Below, one piece after another: positions 61,101 through 64,000 of a stretch of 64,000 bases of DNA. Source of the DNA: Macrostomum hystrix (Eukaryota > Animalia > Platyhelminthes); assembly GCA_950097015.1 (NCBI GenBank), contig CATNEN010000039.1:992001-1056000 (forward strand). The letters are read 5' to 3'. The notes beneath the pieces were generated by a model. The model searched no databases, was not told the origin of the DNA, and worked only from the letters and a program-made list of their open reading frames with translations. Numbering within the stretch: position 1 is the stretch's first letter; every line of letters starts with the position of its first letter. The translations under genes were made by a program, and so were the position numbers.

Positions 61101-64000
61101 CACTACTGTGTATCATCTCTATCACTACTGTGTATCATCTCTATCACTACAGTGTATCATCTCTATCACTACAGTGTATCATCTCCATCACTACAGTGAA
61201 TCGTCTCTATCAACAGTGTATCATCTCTATCACTACAGTGTATCATCTTTATCACTACAGTGTATCATCTCTATCACTACAGTGTATCATCTTTATCACT
61301 ACAGTGTATCATCTCTACCACTACAGTGTATCATCTCTATCACTACAGTGTATCATCTCTATCACTAGTGTATCATCTCTATCACTACAGTGTATCATCT
61401 CTATCACTAAAGTGTATCATCTCTATCACTACTGTGTATCATCTCTATCACTACAGTGTATCATCTCCATCACTACAGTGTATCATCTCTATCACTACAG
61501 TGTATCATCTCTATCACTACAGTGTATCATCTCCATCACTACAGTGTATCATCTCTATCACTACAGTGTATCATCTCTATCACTACAGTGTATCATCTCT
61601 ATCACTACAGTGTATCATCTCTATCACTACAGTGTATCATCTCTATCACTACAGTGTATCATCTCTATCACTACAGTGTATCATCTCCATCACTACAGTG
61701 TATCATCTCTATCACTACAGTGTATCATCTCTATCACTACAGTGTATCATCTCTATCACTACAGTGTATCATCTCTATCACTACAGTGTATCATCTCTAT
61801 CACTAAAGTGTATCATCTCTATCACTACTGTGTATCATCTCTATCACTACAGTGTATCATCTCCATCACTACAGTGTATCATCTCCATCACTACAGTGTA
61901 TCATCTCTATCACTACAGTGTATCATCTTTATCACTACAGTGTATCATCTCTATCACTACAGTGTATCATCTCCATCACTACAGTGTATCATCTCTATCA
62001 CTACAGTGTATCATCTCTATCACTACAGTGTATCATCTTTATCACTACTGTGTATCATCTCTATCACTACAGTGTATCATCTCTATCACTAAAGTGTATC
62101 ATCTCTATCACTACAGTGTATCATCTCCATCACTACAGTGTATCATCTCCATCACTACAGTGTATCATCTCTATCACTACAGTGTATCATCTCTATCACT
62201 ACAGTGTATCATCTTTATCACTACAGTGTATCATCTCTATCACTACAGTGTATCATCTCTATCACTACAGTGTATCATCTCTATCACTACAGTGTATCAT
62301 CTTTATCACTACTGTGTATCATCTCTATCACTACTGTGTATCATCTCTATCACTACAGTGTATCATCTCTATCACTACAGTGTATCATCTCCATCACTAC
62401 AGTGAATCGTCTCTATCAACAGTGTATCATCTCTATCACTACAGTGTATCATCTCTATCACTACTGTGTATCATCTCTATCACTACAGTGTATCATCTCC
62501 ATCACTACAGTGTATCATCTCTATCACTACAGTGTATCATCTCTATCACTACAGTGTATCATCTTTATCACTACAGTGTATCATCTCTATCACTACAGTG
62601 TATCATCTCCATCACTACAGTGTATCATCTTTATCACTACAGTGTATCATCTCTATCACTACAGTGTATCATCTCTATCACTACAGTGTATCATCTCTAT
62701 CACTACAGTGTATCATCTTTATCACTACTGTGTATCATCTCTATCACTACTGTGTATCATCTCTATCACTACAGTGTATCATCTCTATCACTACAGTGTA
62801 TCATCTCCATCACTACAGTGAATCGTCTCTATCAACAGTGTATCATCTTTCTCACTACAGTGTATCATCTCCATCACTACAGTGTATCATCTCCATCACT
62901 ACAGTGTATCATCTTTATCACTACAGTGTATCATCTCTATCACTACAGTGTATCATCTCTATCACTACAGTGTATCATCTCTATCACTACAGTGTATCAT
63001 CTCTATCACTAAAGTGTATCATCTCCATCACTACTGTGTATCATCTCTATCACTACAGTGTATCATCTCTATCACTACAGTGTATCATCTCTATCACTAC
63101 AGTGTATCATCTTTATCACTACAGTGTATCATCTTTATCACTACTGTGTATCATCTCTATCACTACAGTGTATCATCTCTATCACTACAGTGTATCATCT
63201 CCATCACTACAGTGTATCATCTTTATCACTACAGTGTATCATCTCTATCACTACAGTGTATCATCTCTATCACTACAGTGTATCATCTCCATCACTACAG
63301 TGTATCATCTCTATCACTACAGTGTATCATCTCTATCACTACAGTGTATCATCTCTATCACTACAGTGTATCATCTCTATCACTAAAGTGTATCATCTCT
63401 ATCACTACTGTGTATCATCTCTATCACTACAGTGTATCATCTCCATCACTACAGTGTATCATCTCCATCACTACAGTGTATCATCTCCATCACTACAGTG
63501 TATCATCTCTATCACTACAGTGTATCATCTCTATCACTACAGTGTATCATCTTTATCACTACAGTGTATCATCTCTATCACTACAGTGTATCATCTCTAT
63601 CACTACAGTGTATCATCTTTATCACTACTGTGTATCATCTCTATCACTACTGTGTATCATCTCTATCACTACAGTGTATCATCTCTATAACTACAGTGTA
63701 TCATCTCCATCACTACAGTGAATCGTCTCTATCAACAGTGTATCATCTCTATCACTACAGTGTATCATCTTTATCACTACAGTGTATCATCTCTATCACT
63801 ACAGTGTATCATCTTTATCACTACAGTGTATCATCTCTACCACTACAGTGTATCATCTCTATCACTACAGTGTATCATCTCTATCACTAGTGTATCATCT
63901 CTATCACTACAGTGTATCATCTCTATCACTAAAGTGTATCATCTCTATCACTACTGTGTATCATCTCTATCACTACAGTGTATCATCTCCATCACTACAG
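58133..64000. repeat. 22-bp satellite array (>5.8 kb, runs off the window), inferred to lie in an MRPL45 intron
   Basis: Unit CAGTGTATCATCTCTATCACTA, about 265 copies. Explains all ORFs from 58103 to 63890. Confidence 0.98.

Noticed and set aside
58103-63890. Very long ORFs (up to 783 aa) of YHLYHYSVSSLSLQCIISITTV repeats
   Set aside because: Translation of the stop-free 22-bp satellite in all three frames. Not protein-coding.

Overview
Eukaryotic (metazoan) genomic DNA with GC-rich exons, GT-AG introns and very dense minisatellites. The architecture is compatible with a free-living flatworm such as Macrostomum, but that is inference only. Six spliced housekeeping genes can be reconstructed by hand: SRSF1 (+), epsin (-), TRMT1L/TRM1-like (-), long-chain acyl-CoA synthetase ACSL3/4 (-), RPL6 (-) and the last exon of MRPL45 (-). 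There is also a CUB/C-type-lectin gene fragment and two orphan ORFs. TE relics include Crypton, DIRS/Ngaro, Gypsy, BEL/Pao, LINE, CRE-like non-LTR, Helitron and several MITEs. The dominant pattern is that most introns carry their own private minisatellite (16-75 bp units, no two alike). These arrays are often grown from local sequence and pressed against a splice site, and in ACSL and epsin the unit is a copy of the splice site itself, giving arrays of decoy acceptors or donors. Other notable points are a triple-nested transposon in an RPL6 intron, candidate NMD-inducing 3'UTR introns with a 9-nt microexon in SRSF1, a GC-AG intron plus an overlapping uORF in TRMT1L, and operon-like MRPL45-RPL6 spacing. 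All coordinates were read manually and may be off by a few bases. Family assignments come from motif recognition, not database searches.
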